Positions 1 to 10,400 of a stretch of DNA of 64,000 nucleotides are shown piece by piece. Location of the stretch: NCBI GenBank assembly GCA_010909165.1, contig MU008169.1:310001-374000 (forward strand), in the 5' to 3' direction. Numbering within the stretch: position 1 is the first letter of the stretch; the number at the start of each line of letters is the position of its first letter. The translations under genes and the position numbers were made by a program. The notes beneath the pieces were generated by a model. That model saw only the letters and a list, made by a program, of their open reading frames with translations. It did not search any database and was not told the origin of the DNA. Origin of the DNA: Anthoceros angustus. Taxonomy: Eukaryota > Plantae > Anthocerotophyta.

Positions 1-2514
1 TCAGACGGCGACCTCAACGATGAGGAAGAAGACTTGGGTTTGGTCACCAATTCAGATTCCCGGAAAAAGGTGAGGTTCATTCCATGTCGTTAACTGTACA
101 GACAAGTCTATTAGGCTAGCCTTAGGCACCCCATTGTACATATGTTAGCTTTCAATTTTGACTGGTTTCCGACAGGCTGGTGATGTGAAATGCCTGAAAT
201 TGCGAGCGTGCTCCGTCCTGCACCCTCAATTATTGTTCTTTATTTTGTCCTTTGAGAAACGATTGCGGGGACTCTGCTAAAATTTGATCTTGCTTAAATA
301 GTGCGTGTACTCACGGATTGGCAATGTTGCGTGCTTTCAGGTCATCACCAAAGCTTCCTTGCTTGCTGCTCAGGTACTTTTCCAGACAAATGTTGGCCGT
401 TTCAGTTTTTCTCCATGCTCGTATAACTGTATTCCCAGCAGGAGAGTTCAGTTAAGTGTCAGCTTCAGAGTGTATACTTGCGGAGCGATGGGATAGTGGT
501 CCAGGGATTCACTACGTTCGTCTGGTTGGCTGAGCAGAGTGGCGATCTGAAGAAAGTGGTTGATGTGCTGGGCATAAAGCTTCACCATGCACGAACTCTA
601 CTTATCCACCATCGGTGGAACGTGGAGTCCTTGTTTGGGACGCTGGCAGACTATGGTGAAGACGGACTATTTCTGCAAGCTGGGCTGCCCCCACGTGCAC
701 GGATGAACACAACTCGCACAAGTTCCACTTCAGCAGATGTCTTGGGAGCACTTTTTGAGTGTGGGACTTGCCTGGAAGAGGTTTCGCGTACAGAGACATC
801 GGCGATGGATTGTGGTCACCGTTTCTGCAATGAGTGTACGTGGCACTTGTAACCATGCACTTCATTGTCAGTCACTGTTTTGTAGCTTGAGCGCTGCCCG
901 AATGTACCTCTTTGTTAAAGACAATTACAGGGCCTGGATTTTGCGCTTGCTTATGTGATTCCCGGAGTTCTGACGGTTCTGCTCAAATGTCATTTGTTCA
1001 GGTTGGACAACTTATTTTTTAGTGAAGATTAGGGATGGTGAAAGCAGACGTGTCACCTGTATGGAACCTCGGTGTAATGCCAGATGTGATGAGGACAAGG
1101 TGCGCCAGTTCGTGGGTGCAAGCCATCCTGAAATGTTGGAGCGATATGATCGCTGTCTCTTGGAATCTTACATTGAAGACAATGCGAAAGTGAAGTGGTG
1201 TCCTAGCATCCCGCACTGTGGAAACGCTATTAGGGTTGAAGATGAACCGTATTGCGAGATTGAGTGCATTTGTGGGCACCAGTTTTGTTTCAATTGTACG
1301 GCAGAGCCACACTCTCCATGCTCTTGTGTCATGTGGGACCTATGGGTCAAGAAGTGCGAGAAGGAGTCAGGGAGGGAGACCTGGCTCGCGATCTTCTCTA
1401 AGCCATGTCCTAAATGTAAGAAACCTGTGGAAAAGAATGGTGGCTGTAACTGGGTGGGTTGCGTCTGCGGCCAGGCTTTCTGGTAAGACATTTCTTCCTT
1501 CTTAAGACTCTTTCACACTAAAAAATGCATGCATGCTGGGTATGCACCGTTTCTAAGCATGCTGGTCGTATGCTTCAGGAAGAGCTGTTTTTGCTAAGAG
1601 AAATGCTTCAGTAAAGCCATCTTTGTGTTGTTGTTTGGCATTACAACCTTTATCTGTCAAGTCATGGAACATGTACAGAGTGTGTTTTATGCTCTTGAGG
1701 AGTGGTTATCTCACGGGGCTGACGACGTTGCATCTTTGTTAGCTGGTTATGCGGTGCTGCAACCGGTCGGCGGCACGGGTTGGATGCAATCGACGGTCAC
1801 ACTTGTGAGAGGTTCGACGACCACAGAGGACGGGAGGGAGAAACTTGGCAGCGGGACTTCAAGCGCTACACGTACTACCTCTCGCGCAGGATGGGCCATG
1901 AAGATTCCCTGAAGTTAGAGGATAAGCAACGTATGGATCTTCAGAGCAAAATGACAACATTGGAAACCCGTAAATCCAATGTCAAGGGCTACAATTGGCT
2001 GATAGATGGATTGCAAACGCTTTTCCGAGCCAGGAGAATCTTATCCTACTCTTTCCCTCTAGCATTCTTTATGTTTGGGAATGACCTGTTCAAGGATGCC
2101 ATTTCTGAGAAGCAGAATACCATAAATCAGAACCTTTTTGAGGATCAACTACAGCAATTAGAACAGACAGTTGAGCGGCTGGCTAATCTTCTTGAGATGC
2201 CCTTGGGACGCAGCACTAGTGACACTGAAATGACAGAGATCCGAAGGCAGGTCGTACAGATGAGTCTGCTGACTGACACGCGTTGCAGGAGAATGTAAGA
2301 ATGTCTTGCTTGATTGGTGATTGCTCGCTTGGCATTTTCATTTGGAGATTGTTCATGCCGTGACTCACCTAGCTGCTCCGTGTGTGGCAGGTACGAGGTG
2401 ATCGACAATGATTTGATGAGCTCCTTGCAGAAAACAATGCATCACATAGCACCGTATAAATCGGAAGGTCCTGTACGCGCTTCTGAGCTCACGGACGATA
2501 CCGACGATAAGTGA
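1..2514 (+). CDS. ARI: ARIADNE-family RBR E3 ubiquitin ligase (ARI1/ARI2-like), 5'-partial, multi-exon
   Basis: Phase-consistent GT-AG exons <1-69, 341-373, 538-835, 1002-1482, 1743-2294, 2391-2514. They encode an acidic N-terminus, 'HHARTLLIHHRWNVE', RING1 (CGTC...CGHRFCNECW...CMEPRC), IBR (KWCPSIPHCGNAI...CICGHQFCFNC...HSPCSC), RING2 ([31 protein letters not shown]) and the Ariadne domain (LFEDQLQQLE). Confidence 0.93.
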
Positions 2515-3345
2515 GTCCTGACCAGTTCAAGGAGTGGGTGCAGAAGGATTCATCGATGAACTTCAGAAAACCTGTGTATTTGTTTGTGAGGGCTCCATCG
2601 TAACACAGATTCTTGAAGTTTGGAAGGAGGATATGTCCCAATAATGTACAATGCAACAGACTGTCCTTGCGGGCCTGGATGAACCCTCTGAATTCGAAAA
2701 TTTTCAATCGCCCACGGAAAACGCCAAGTCCGTCCATGTTGTCTCCCGCAGTTGCTTCCATGTCCAAATCCTTAGGATAGAAATGCGACCAGATCAGGGG
2801 GAGCTTCGCTCCAGTCTTGCCCTTCATAGTAAAGACGGACGGCCGGCTGGCCCAAAGGCCATGTCCAGATGTATCCAGATCCGGACGAGTGCTCGCTCAG
2901 AGTACGTTCTGGCGTTTCACGCTGATCGGCGCTTGTGGACGCTGCTGTGTCTCCAGAGGACGGCGCTGCCGCTGCACCCTCTTCGAAGAGCGATTGCCAT
3001 GGCGGAGAGGCCTACAAGTTAGATGGAAGTCAGCATTCCTTCTTCATCGCGCCTAATTACAGTGTCTCCCTGGAGAGTTCATGAACATCGGATTAGGTAG
3101 TGATTGTTTTCCTGTATTTTTCATTATTTACAATTTAATAAAACAGGAAAATTCTTAATACTGTTAGCTGCCATTCTTGTGGAATGCTCTGAGGAGCTCC
3201 GCGCGGTGCGGTGTCTTGTGGGAGGCTCTGCGGGGCGAGCTCCTTGGGGAGCCATGGCTGTGTGGAGGCGAAGAGCTGCTGATCGGTTGAGTGTAAGGAA
3301 CTTGACGCTGGGAAACAAGAAAAGCGCTAGAGCTCGTGTGAGAGC

Positions 3346-6300
3346 ATGCCTGCCTGGAGACACATACTACAGAGAGGTCGTCGCCAGGAGCTTTTCCGGC
3401 GGCAAGGTTCTCGGCACTTCGCAGTTTGGCAAGATAACGACGGCTTTCGTTCAGCTGGTGCTGTGCGGATGGGGATGGAGATGGATTGTTGTGGCTCCCG
3501 TTGGTACTGGAGCTTGCTGGATGATGCTGACCCTGGCAAGGCTGCAGGATGCGAAGATAGTGTAACGGCTGACACCGTGAGCAAGCTATGTCGTCAGGGC
3601 CATCTCAGTGAGGCTGTTGAGGCTTTGGGAGTTTTGGTGCAGACAGGCGGATCTATTTCAAAGTCTCTCGTTTATGCTTTGCTGAAGAAATGTGTGGGGG
3701 ACAAGGACCTTGTTCTCGGTCGCCGGGTTCATGCTTTTACTGTCAAAGTGGGGTACCAGTCGGACACGTTCCTGTGCAATCACATTCTGCGGATGTATGC
3801 TTCTCATGGCAGGTTACAAGACGCGGTGGATGTATTTGCAGTGGTTGGCAAACCTGATGCGTACACTTGGTCTGCCATTATTTCTGCGCATGTTAAAGAA
3901 GGGGAAGAAAAGCAGGCCATAGAACTGTATCGTGTGATGCGTAGGTCAAGTGTGAGGCCAGATGGCCATGTGTTCGTGGCAGCTCTTCAGGCTTGTGCAA
4001 GGGGAGCAGACTTGGGAGCTGTTCAGGAGCTGCACGCTGATGTGTTGGCAGGTGGAGTAGAGCGTGATTTGTATGTCTGGAATTGCTTGGTGGACGCTTA
4101 TGCAAAGTGTGGGAACTTGCGAGACGCGCGAAGTGTGTTTGACGGACTTGGTACCAAAGATGTAGTGACGTGGAATGCCCTGATAGCAGGGTATTCTCAG
4201 CAGGGCATGGGCCATGAAGCCCTCTGTCTGTATGATGCTATGCTCTCACATGGCATGGTTACCCCCGACTGTGTGACGTTTGTGTCCCTCCTGCAGGCAT
4301 GTGCAAGTATTGGCACCCCTGCTCTGGACGAGGGTAAAAAGATTCATGCGGAAATCCAAGAACGAGGACACCAAACTGATGTGTTTGTAAGGAACAGTTT
4401 GGTGCACATGTATGCAAAGTGTGGCAGCTTGGGAGACGGTCGCAAAGTGTTCGACAGTCTTGGTAAGAAAGATGTGGTGACGTGGAATGCCATGATAGCA
4501 GGGTATTCCCAGAAGGGCATGGGCCAGGACGCCCTCTTGCTCTACCATGAAATGCAAGAACTTGGCATAGCTGCACCTGATCGAGTGACATTTCTCTGCC
4601 TCCTGCAAGCATGTGCTAGTGTGGGGACCCCGGCTTTGGAGATGGGGAGACATCTTCATGCCCAGATTAGAGAACAAGGATATCATACTGATCTGTTTGT
4701 GGCCAACAGTTTGGTGAACATGTATGCAAAGTGTGGCAGCTTGCAGTATGCTCAGGGAGTGTTTGACAATATCAGTCAGAAAGATGCGGTGTCGTGGAAT
4801 GCCATGATAGCCGGGTATTCCCAGCATGGGATGGACCAAGACGCCCTGCGTCTTTATAGTGCAATGCGAGAGGAAGGCATCGCTGTACCCACCTCTGTGA
4901 CGTTTGTGTCCCTTCTGCAGACATGTGCACGTCTTGGTACACCAGGGCTAGAGATGGGGAAGCACCTTCATGCACATGTTAGGGAACAAGGACTTCAAGA
5001 TGATGTTTTTGTAGCCAGCAGTCTGGTTAGCACATATGCAAAGTGTGGCAGCCTTGAAGACGCTCACAGAGTGTTTGACGGGCTTGATCAAACTGATGTG
5101 GTGTTATGGACTTCTCTCATAGCAGGGTATTCCCAGCAGGGAATGGGTCAGGAAGCTCTATGTCTCTACAGTGCTATGCAAGAACACGACATCACCATAC
5201 CTGATTCCGTGACATTTGTGTGCCTCCTGCAGGCGTGTGCAAGTGTAGGCGCCCCAGCTTTGGAGAAGGGGATGCAGCTTCATGCAGAAATCAGAGGAAA
5301 AGGACATCAAACTGATGTGTTTGTAGCAAGCAGTTTGGTGAACATGTATGCAAAGTGTGGAAGCCTGGAAGACGCTCGCAGCGTGTTTGAGGGACTGGGT
5401 CAAAAGGATGTGGCAACGTGGAATGCCATGATATCAGGGTACTCCCAGCAGGGATTGGGCCAAGAAGCACTTCATCTTTACAGGGCTATGCAAGAAGACA
5501 GCAATGCTCTACCTGATTGTGTGACGTTTGTGTCCCTGCTGCAGGCATGTGCAAGTGTGGGCAACCCAGCTTTGGAGATGGGGAAGCAGCTTCATGCACA
5601 GATTAGAGGACAAGGACATCGAGATGTGTTTGTTGACAGCAGTTTGGTGAACATGTACGCAAAGTGTGGGAGCTTGGAAGATGCTCAGAGAGTCTTCGAC
5701 ACTCTTCAGGAAAAGGATGTGGTAACATGGACTTCTATGATTTCAGGGTATGCCCAGCAGGGCATGGGCCAAGAAGCCCTTCGACTCTACAGTGTTATGC
5801 AAGAGGAAGGCATAGCTGTAGTCGACTGTGTGACATTTGTATGCCTCCTGCAAGCATGTGCGAATGTGGCTGCCTTACATCTGGGAAGGCAACTACATGC
5901 TCAGATTGAAGAACAAGGGCTTCAAGCTGATGTGTCTGTAGCCGGCAGTCTGATAAATATGTATGCCAAGTCTGGGAGCATGGTTGATGCACAGCAGGTA
6001 TTTGATGGAGTGCCTGACAGAGATGTTGTTGCCTGGACTGCACTGATTGCAGGCTACACCTGTCAAGGAGACTGTGAAGTGGTCTTTGACTTGGTCAAGA
6101 GGATGATGCAGGAAGGCATACAGCCACTCAGCATCACATTCCTTAGTGTCCTAACAGTCTGCAGTCATTCGGGTCTAGTGAACAAGGGGAGAGAGTACTT
6201 TGAGGTTATGAGTAGACACCATGGCATCACTCCCACGGTGGAGCACTACACATGCATGGTGGACCTCCTGGGCCGTGCAGGTCGAGTGGACGAGGCACTA

Positions 6301-6612
6301 GGTTTGGTAAGGACAATGCCTTTACTGCCGAATGCTGCAGTTTGGCACACTCTGTTGGCTGCTTGTCGAAAGTGGAGCAACGTCGAGGTGGGACGCCATG
6401 CCTTTGATGAAGCTGTGAAAATGGACATGAAAGACGCTGCAGCATACGTGCTGCTGTCGAACATATACACCGGTGCCCAGATGTGGGAGCAGGCCCAGGA
6501 GTTGCAGGCAAGGAGAGTAGGAATCAAGGCATGGAAACAGCCTGGACAGAGCTGGTGGACAGACATGGACGGGCTGGTGCATAGTTTTTATGTCGGGGGC
6601 TCAAACATGTGA
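3346..6612 (+). CDS. PLS-class pentatricopeptide repeat protein (organellar RNA-editing specificity factor), 26 PPR motifs + E1-E2 + WW-type PG box, no DYW deaminase domain
   Basis: Single 1088-aa ORF: L-S, seven P-L-S triplets, P2-L2-S2 (ITFLSVLTVCSHSGLV...EHYTCMVDLLGRAG), E1, E2 (AAYVLLSNIY), then KQPGQSWWTDMDGLVHSF and a stop. The start codon is uncertain (3346 or 3469). Confidence 0.95.
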   Translation: MPAWRHILQRGRRQELFRRQGSRHFAVWQDNDGFRSAGAVRMGMEMDCCGSRWYWSLLDDADPGKAAGCEDSVTADTVSKLCRQGHLSEAVEALGVLVQTGGSISKSLVYALLKKCVGDKDLVLGRRVHAFTVKVGYQSDTFLCNHILRMYASHGRLQDAVDVFAVVGKPDAYTWSAIISAHVKEGEEKQAIELYRVMRRSSVRPDGHVFVAALQACARGADLGAVQELHADVLAGGVERDLYVWNCLVDAYAKCGNLRDARSVFDGLGTKDVVTWNALIAGYSQQGMGHEALCLYDAMLSHGMVTPDCVTFVSLLQACASIGTPALDEGKKIHAEIQERGHQTDVFVRNSLVHMYAKCGSLGDGRKVFDSLGKKDVVTWNAMIAGYSQKGMGQDALLLYHEMQELGIAAPDRVTFLCLLQACASVGTPALEMGRHLHAQIREQGYHTDLFVANSLVNMYAKCGSLQYAQGVFDNISQKDAVSWNAMIAGYSQHGMDQDALRLYSAMREEGIAVPTSVTFVSLLQTCARLGTPGLEMGKHLHAHVREQGLQDDVFVASSLVSTYAKCGSLEDAHRVFDGLDQTDVVLWTSLIAGYSQQGMGQEALCLYSAMQEHDITIPDSVTFVCLLQACASVGAPALEKGMQLHAEIRGKGHQTDVFVASSLVNMYAKCGSLEDARSVFEGLGQKDVATWNAMISGYSQQGLGQEALHLYRAMQEDSNALPDCVTFVSLLQACASVGNPALEMGKQLHAQIRGQGHRDVFVDSSLVNMYAKCGSLEDAQRVFDTLQEKDVVTWTSMISGYAQQGMGQEALRLYSVMQEEGIAVVDCVTFVCLLQACANVAALHLGRQLHAQIEEQGLQADVSVAGSLINMYAKSGSMVDAQQVFDGVPDRDVVAWTALIAGYTCQGDCEVVFDLVKRMMQEGIQPLSITFLSVLTVCSHSGLVNKGREYFEVMSRHHGITPTVEHYTCMVDLLGRAGRVDEALGLVRTMPLLPNAAVWHTLLAACRKWSNVEVGRHAFDEAVKMDMKDAAAYVLLSNIYTGAQMWEQAQELQARRVGIKAWKQPGQSWWTDMDGLVHSFYVGGSNM

Positions 6613-6660
6613 TGTTGTGTACATGGCGACCTCTTGTTTGGGCCATTTTACCTGAGCACA

Positions 6661-6724
6661 GCTGCAATCCAGGGCTCCAGCTGGCATTGCTGCAATCCAG
6701 GGCTCCAGCTTGCATTGCTGCAAT
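6661..6724. repeat. 28-bp tandem repeat x2.3 just 3' of the PPR gene
   Basis: gctgcaatccagggctccagct(g/t)gcatt twice, then gctgcaat. Confidence 0.8.
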
Positions 6725-7456
6725 GCTATCTAGTTGGGTAGCTATTTTCAACCGGTTCCCCTGGCACGGGTCGGGGGACATGAGTCACATGTTAAGCGGC
6801 AAACATCCTATAGATCTCTGCGTGATTCTGCTTGTAAACTAGATTCGGAAAAGTGTACCATACAACCATGACATCCCTCGTGTTCATGAAATTGAAAATG
6901 ATCTACTTCTGTGCCAGAGCCCATTGGGAGCTCAGCCCAGACGAGAGTCGCGCAAAGAAGGGTCAAGAGGACAACTTATAAAGAATTGTGGTAAAATGCT
7001 GGTCGAATGCCTGCCACGCTAAACCTTGGTGACAGTTGACGACTCAAGCCGCAACGTAACCGCTGTGTTGTTCGGTTGTCATTTAACGCATGTAAGACCG
7101 AGAAATTCGACGCTAGAGACCTTTGAAGAGGAAGTACCTGGTTTGGGGGAGAGCCTCCGCTAATTATCACACGTCTTCGCCATTGCCGAGAATATGTATC
7201 TGCACGAAAAGGCTCTCTGAGAATTAAACCATAGTTCGTGTTCACCTAGCTTTTGTAAATGCTTGTCAGCGTCTTGCTAGTAAGAGACCAGTGGATGTAA
7301 GCCCGGACATTTACAGTGCTAGCAAGAGGCAAGAAAATACAACTGAAGTCAACCAACCAGTTTGACGATCTCTTCCTCTGGTTGAGCAGGAACAACCTCG
7401 AGTTAAATCACCCTCCTCTGCATTATTCCTCACACCTCTGCAACGTATGTTCTCTA

Positions 7457-10400
7457 TTAGATAAGCAGGACACCAGTCCTACAGGAATTCCAGAGCGATA
7501 TAGTGTGTGATCTTTCAAAGTAAAACAACGTTGCATGCCAGAAACTGCTAGCACATACCGCATCCAAACTCGTTGATTCTTACAGGCTTGGTCTATCGCA
7601 GAAAATATACCAAGCTCCGGCTCCACTGCACAGCGATCAAAGAACAGTAGGCATGCTGATAGTGAGCAAGACAGCAGTACGAAACATATGTGGATGGGAA
7701 AGAAGAGGGATTAGTGGCTAACTCACCTACCCTGACCTGCTGGGCGTGCCTAAACTTTTCTGCTACCTCGTGTATAGTTATCTCCGGATCCACAGGGATA
7801 CAACCACCCCAAATTTTGTGAGGGAACCCTCCTGAGAACACTTGTAAGTTTTGTTGGTCAGCATTACGAAGATGAGATTCACAGATGAGATTCACTGAAC
7901 ACGAAGCCTGTAACGAACAAATAAGGAGGGTCTGTGGCAGCCACCTGAAGCAAAATAGGAAAGAGCCGCTTGCACTGCTAGAAACTCGGCATCCCTTTTC
8001 CTGTAGGTAGCACCTCCGAGGATGTGGACACCTGCAACACGAATGATGCAGCAGAAGAGTAGGCGACGTTTTGGTCCCCAGGATACTGCTCGATACAGAG
8101 GAGCGGGAAGCCCAGCTGCATGAGCGAGCGCCTCTAGCTCATCCTTCAAGAGCCCTGGTGTAGGCTGACCCAACAGAAAATAAGTTGAGCATGTCTACGG
8201 CCCACTACAACTCAAAAAAGTCCAGCTGTAACTCAAGACGAGAAAACATGCATACTTGAAACATATCAGTCCTGGACACCTGCTGTATACGATATAATTC
8301 CTGGAATTCTTGAAATAATGTAACTCTTCATACCATAACAAACACGTATGCTGAAAGCAAATCCCTCTTACAATTCTTGAGAGCAAGTACGGTTCTGCAA
8401 CAATCTCCTTGCACTAGCCACATCATTGACCACCACTATGAAATCTCAATTCTCCCTTCACTCTCTCGAACGAGATAAGCTACTCACTGATGAGTTCTAG
8501 TCAACAAGTCTCACAGGAATGGATACTAAATCATCTTAAAGGAGCTGCAAAGGTGTCTGCCACCACTCCTATCAAGAAGCACCTTACACAAAGCAAATAC
8601 ATGGCCCTAGAGCCAAAGACGGCTGTTAGGACATAAAATTTCAGAGCCCTGTATGTTTTATGCTCTTCCACCGTCTTTGAAGAACAGCATGTAAAACATA
8701 CAAGTACCAGTAACCTCTGACCAAGTAGCCTTCTCCAAGCCATGTTCTTAGACCAAAGGGTTGAGGGACACCCTTGCTACAGCACACCTTACATTTTGCA
8801 GACCTTTCGTTGAGCACTCATTATATTAACATGAGACGCACACGTTAATATTATGGGTGCACACATTCACAGCAGACATGGCATCCAGGTCACTTAGAAA
8901 TGCAACAGGGACTTACAACATCCTCAAAAGATGTCACTAGGGAGTCCTGGCGGTTGTGGCCCAAGGCAGCCATCTCTTCTGTGAGGAGACTGATGTTTCC
9001 CATGGCAGGGAGGACAGTGACATTCGTCCCCACACTAGGTGGTATACCATCCTCCGCAGCACACTGGCCTTCTGTCAGATCAACTTCAATTGTATTATTC
9101 CTTGCCAAGATGTTAGTGGGTCCACCATCAAGAAACGAAGGGTCGGGAGCAACAGAGTTGTCACCATTGCCAAGTCCACCCATACCCCTTTGTTCAAGGT
9201 CCAGTCTGCCGATATGAGAATTATCTACTGGTTCCCAACTGCTTGCACCACTTATTAGAGTGGGTATGTAGTCTTCCTGTCTGGTTTGAGGCTTCTCATG
9301 TTCAGAAGAACTTGATGCCTCGGTGCCAGGTTCAGAGCTCGTCAATAAGGGTGAATCTTCTGTCACGCTGAGACTTCCTTGATATCCATCTCGCGAGGAT
9401 TTTGCCTCATCATTCCCAATATTCTGCAAACGTTTCTCAACAGAGCAGTCCAAACTCGTCCTTTCTTTCCATGCTGAACGGAATGAGATCTGCAGAAAGC
9501 ATATTTCTAGTAAGTCCCAACTAGTACTATCTGGATGGCTTAAGTTCAAGAGGGAATAGAGTAGTCGAATCCACGGTTGACCACTAACCACCAGAGACTT
9601 CCAATCTTGGATAGCTTCATTGCTGCCTGACCCAGACCTCGCAGACAAGTACCCAAATATTGAGAGGAGGACTGCTGCATCAAGTGCAGCATAATGCAAC
9701 TGCCCATATCCACAACTCAAAAAGTCAAGAGTCGAAGGTACAGGGGGAGCTGCGCAAGCATAAAGAAAAGTTTCACCTGTTCGGTACTGAGTGGTCTCTG
9801 CTCCCAGTCGCTCATTCGTTTGCGCTTATCCAAGGACTTTCCAAGAGCCACCTGCCAAATTGAACAGGTTCACCCCAAATAACAATGCCGGTGAACACCA
9901 ATCCCACAGATGATAGAACAGCACTGGCAAGTTCCATTGGATATTTACCCCAAGTAACAAAAGTTCTACTTGGTACATCCTGTGGGGAAACTGATAGCAG
10001 CGAAGTAAACCCTCAATGAAAACACCAAGCAGTGAAGATACCTTCGTGAGACCAGATAAACCGCCCTTCATTTTGGCACCAGCATAAGTCTGGAGATCAA
10101 GCACAGACTCACATCGGCCAAAGCAATCAAGGTTGCTATACGATTGCAGGAGATTCTTTAAATCATTGGTAACAGCATAGCCTGCAAAATTGCAACGTTA
10201 ACAGCAAGATCACTGTAGAAACTAATGCAAAAGCGTGCACAGAAAACAACACATACCTAGCTTCAGAATACTCGGGGTATGAAAAATCAGCATGACACAG
10301 CTATCCAGTGCTACTGGTTCTTTCTCTGACAGTCCAATTAAGTCAAAGACAAAGACCTTCTCTGCCGTAGCCACTTGCAGTATTGACACCTGCATGAATC

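Noticed and set aside
6613-7300. Split or frameshifted DYW domain after the PPR stop
   Set aside because: No HxE(x)nCxxC or DYW-like terminus is visible in the forward frames I inspected.
8890-9720. 276-aa ORF as a stand-alone gene
   Set aside because: It is two exonuclease exons read through an in-frame intron (9588-9490).
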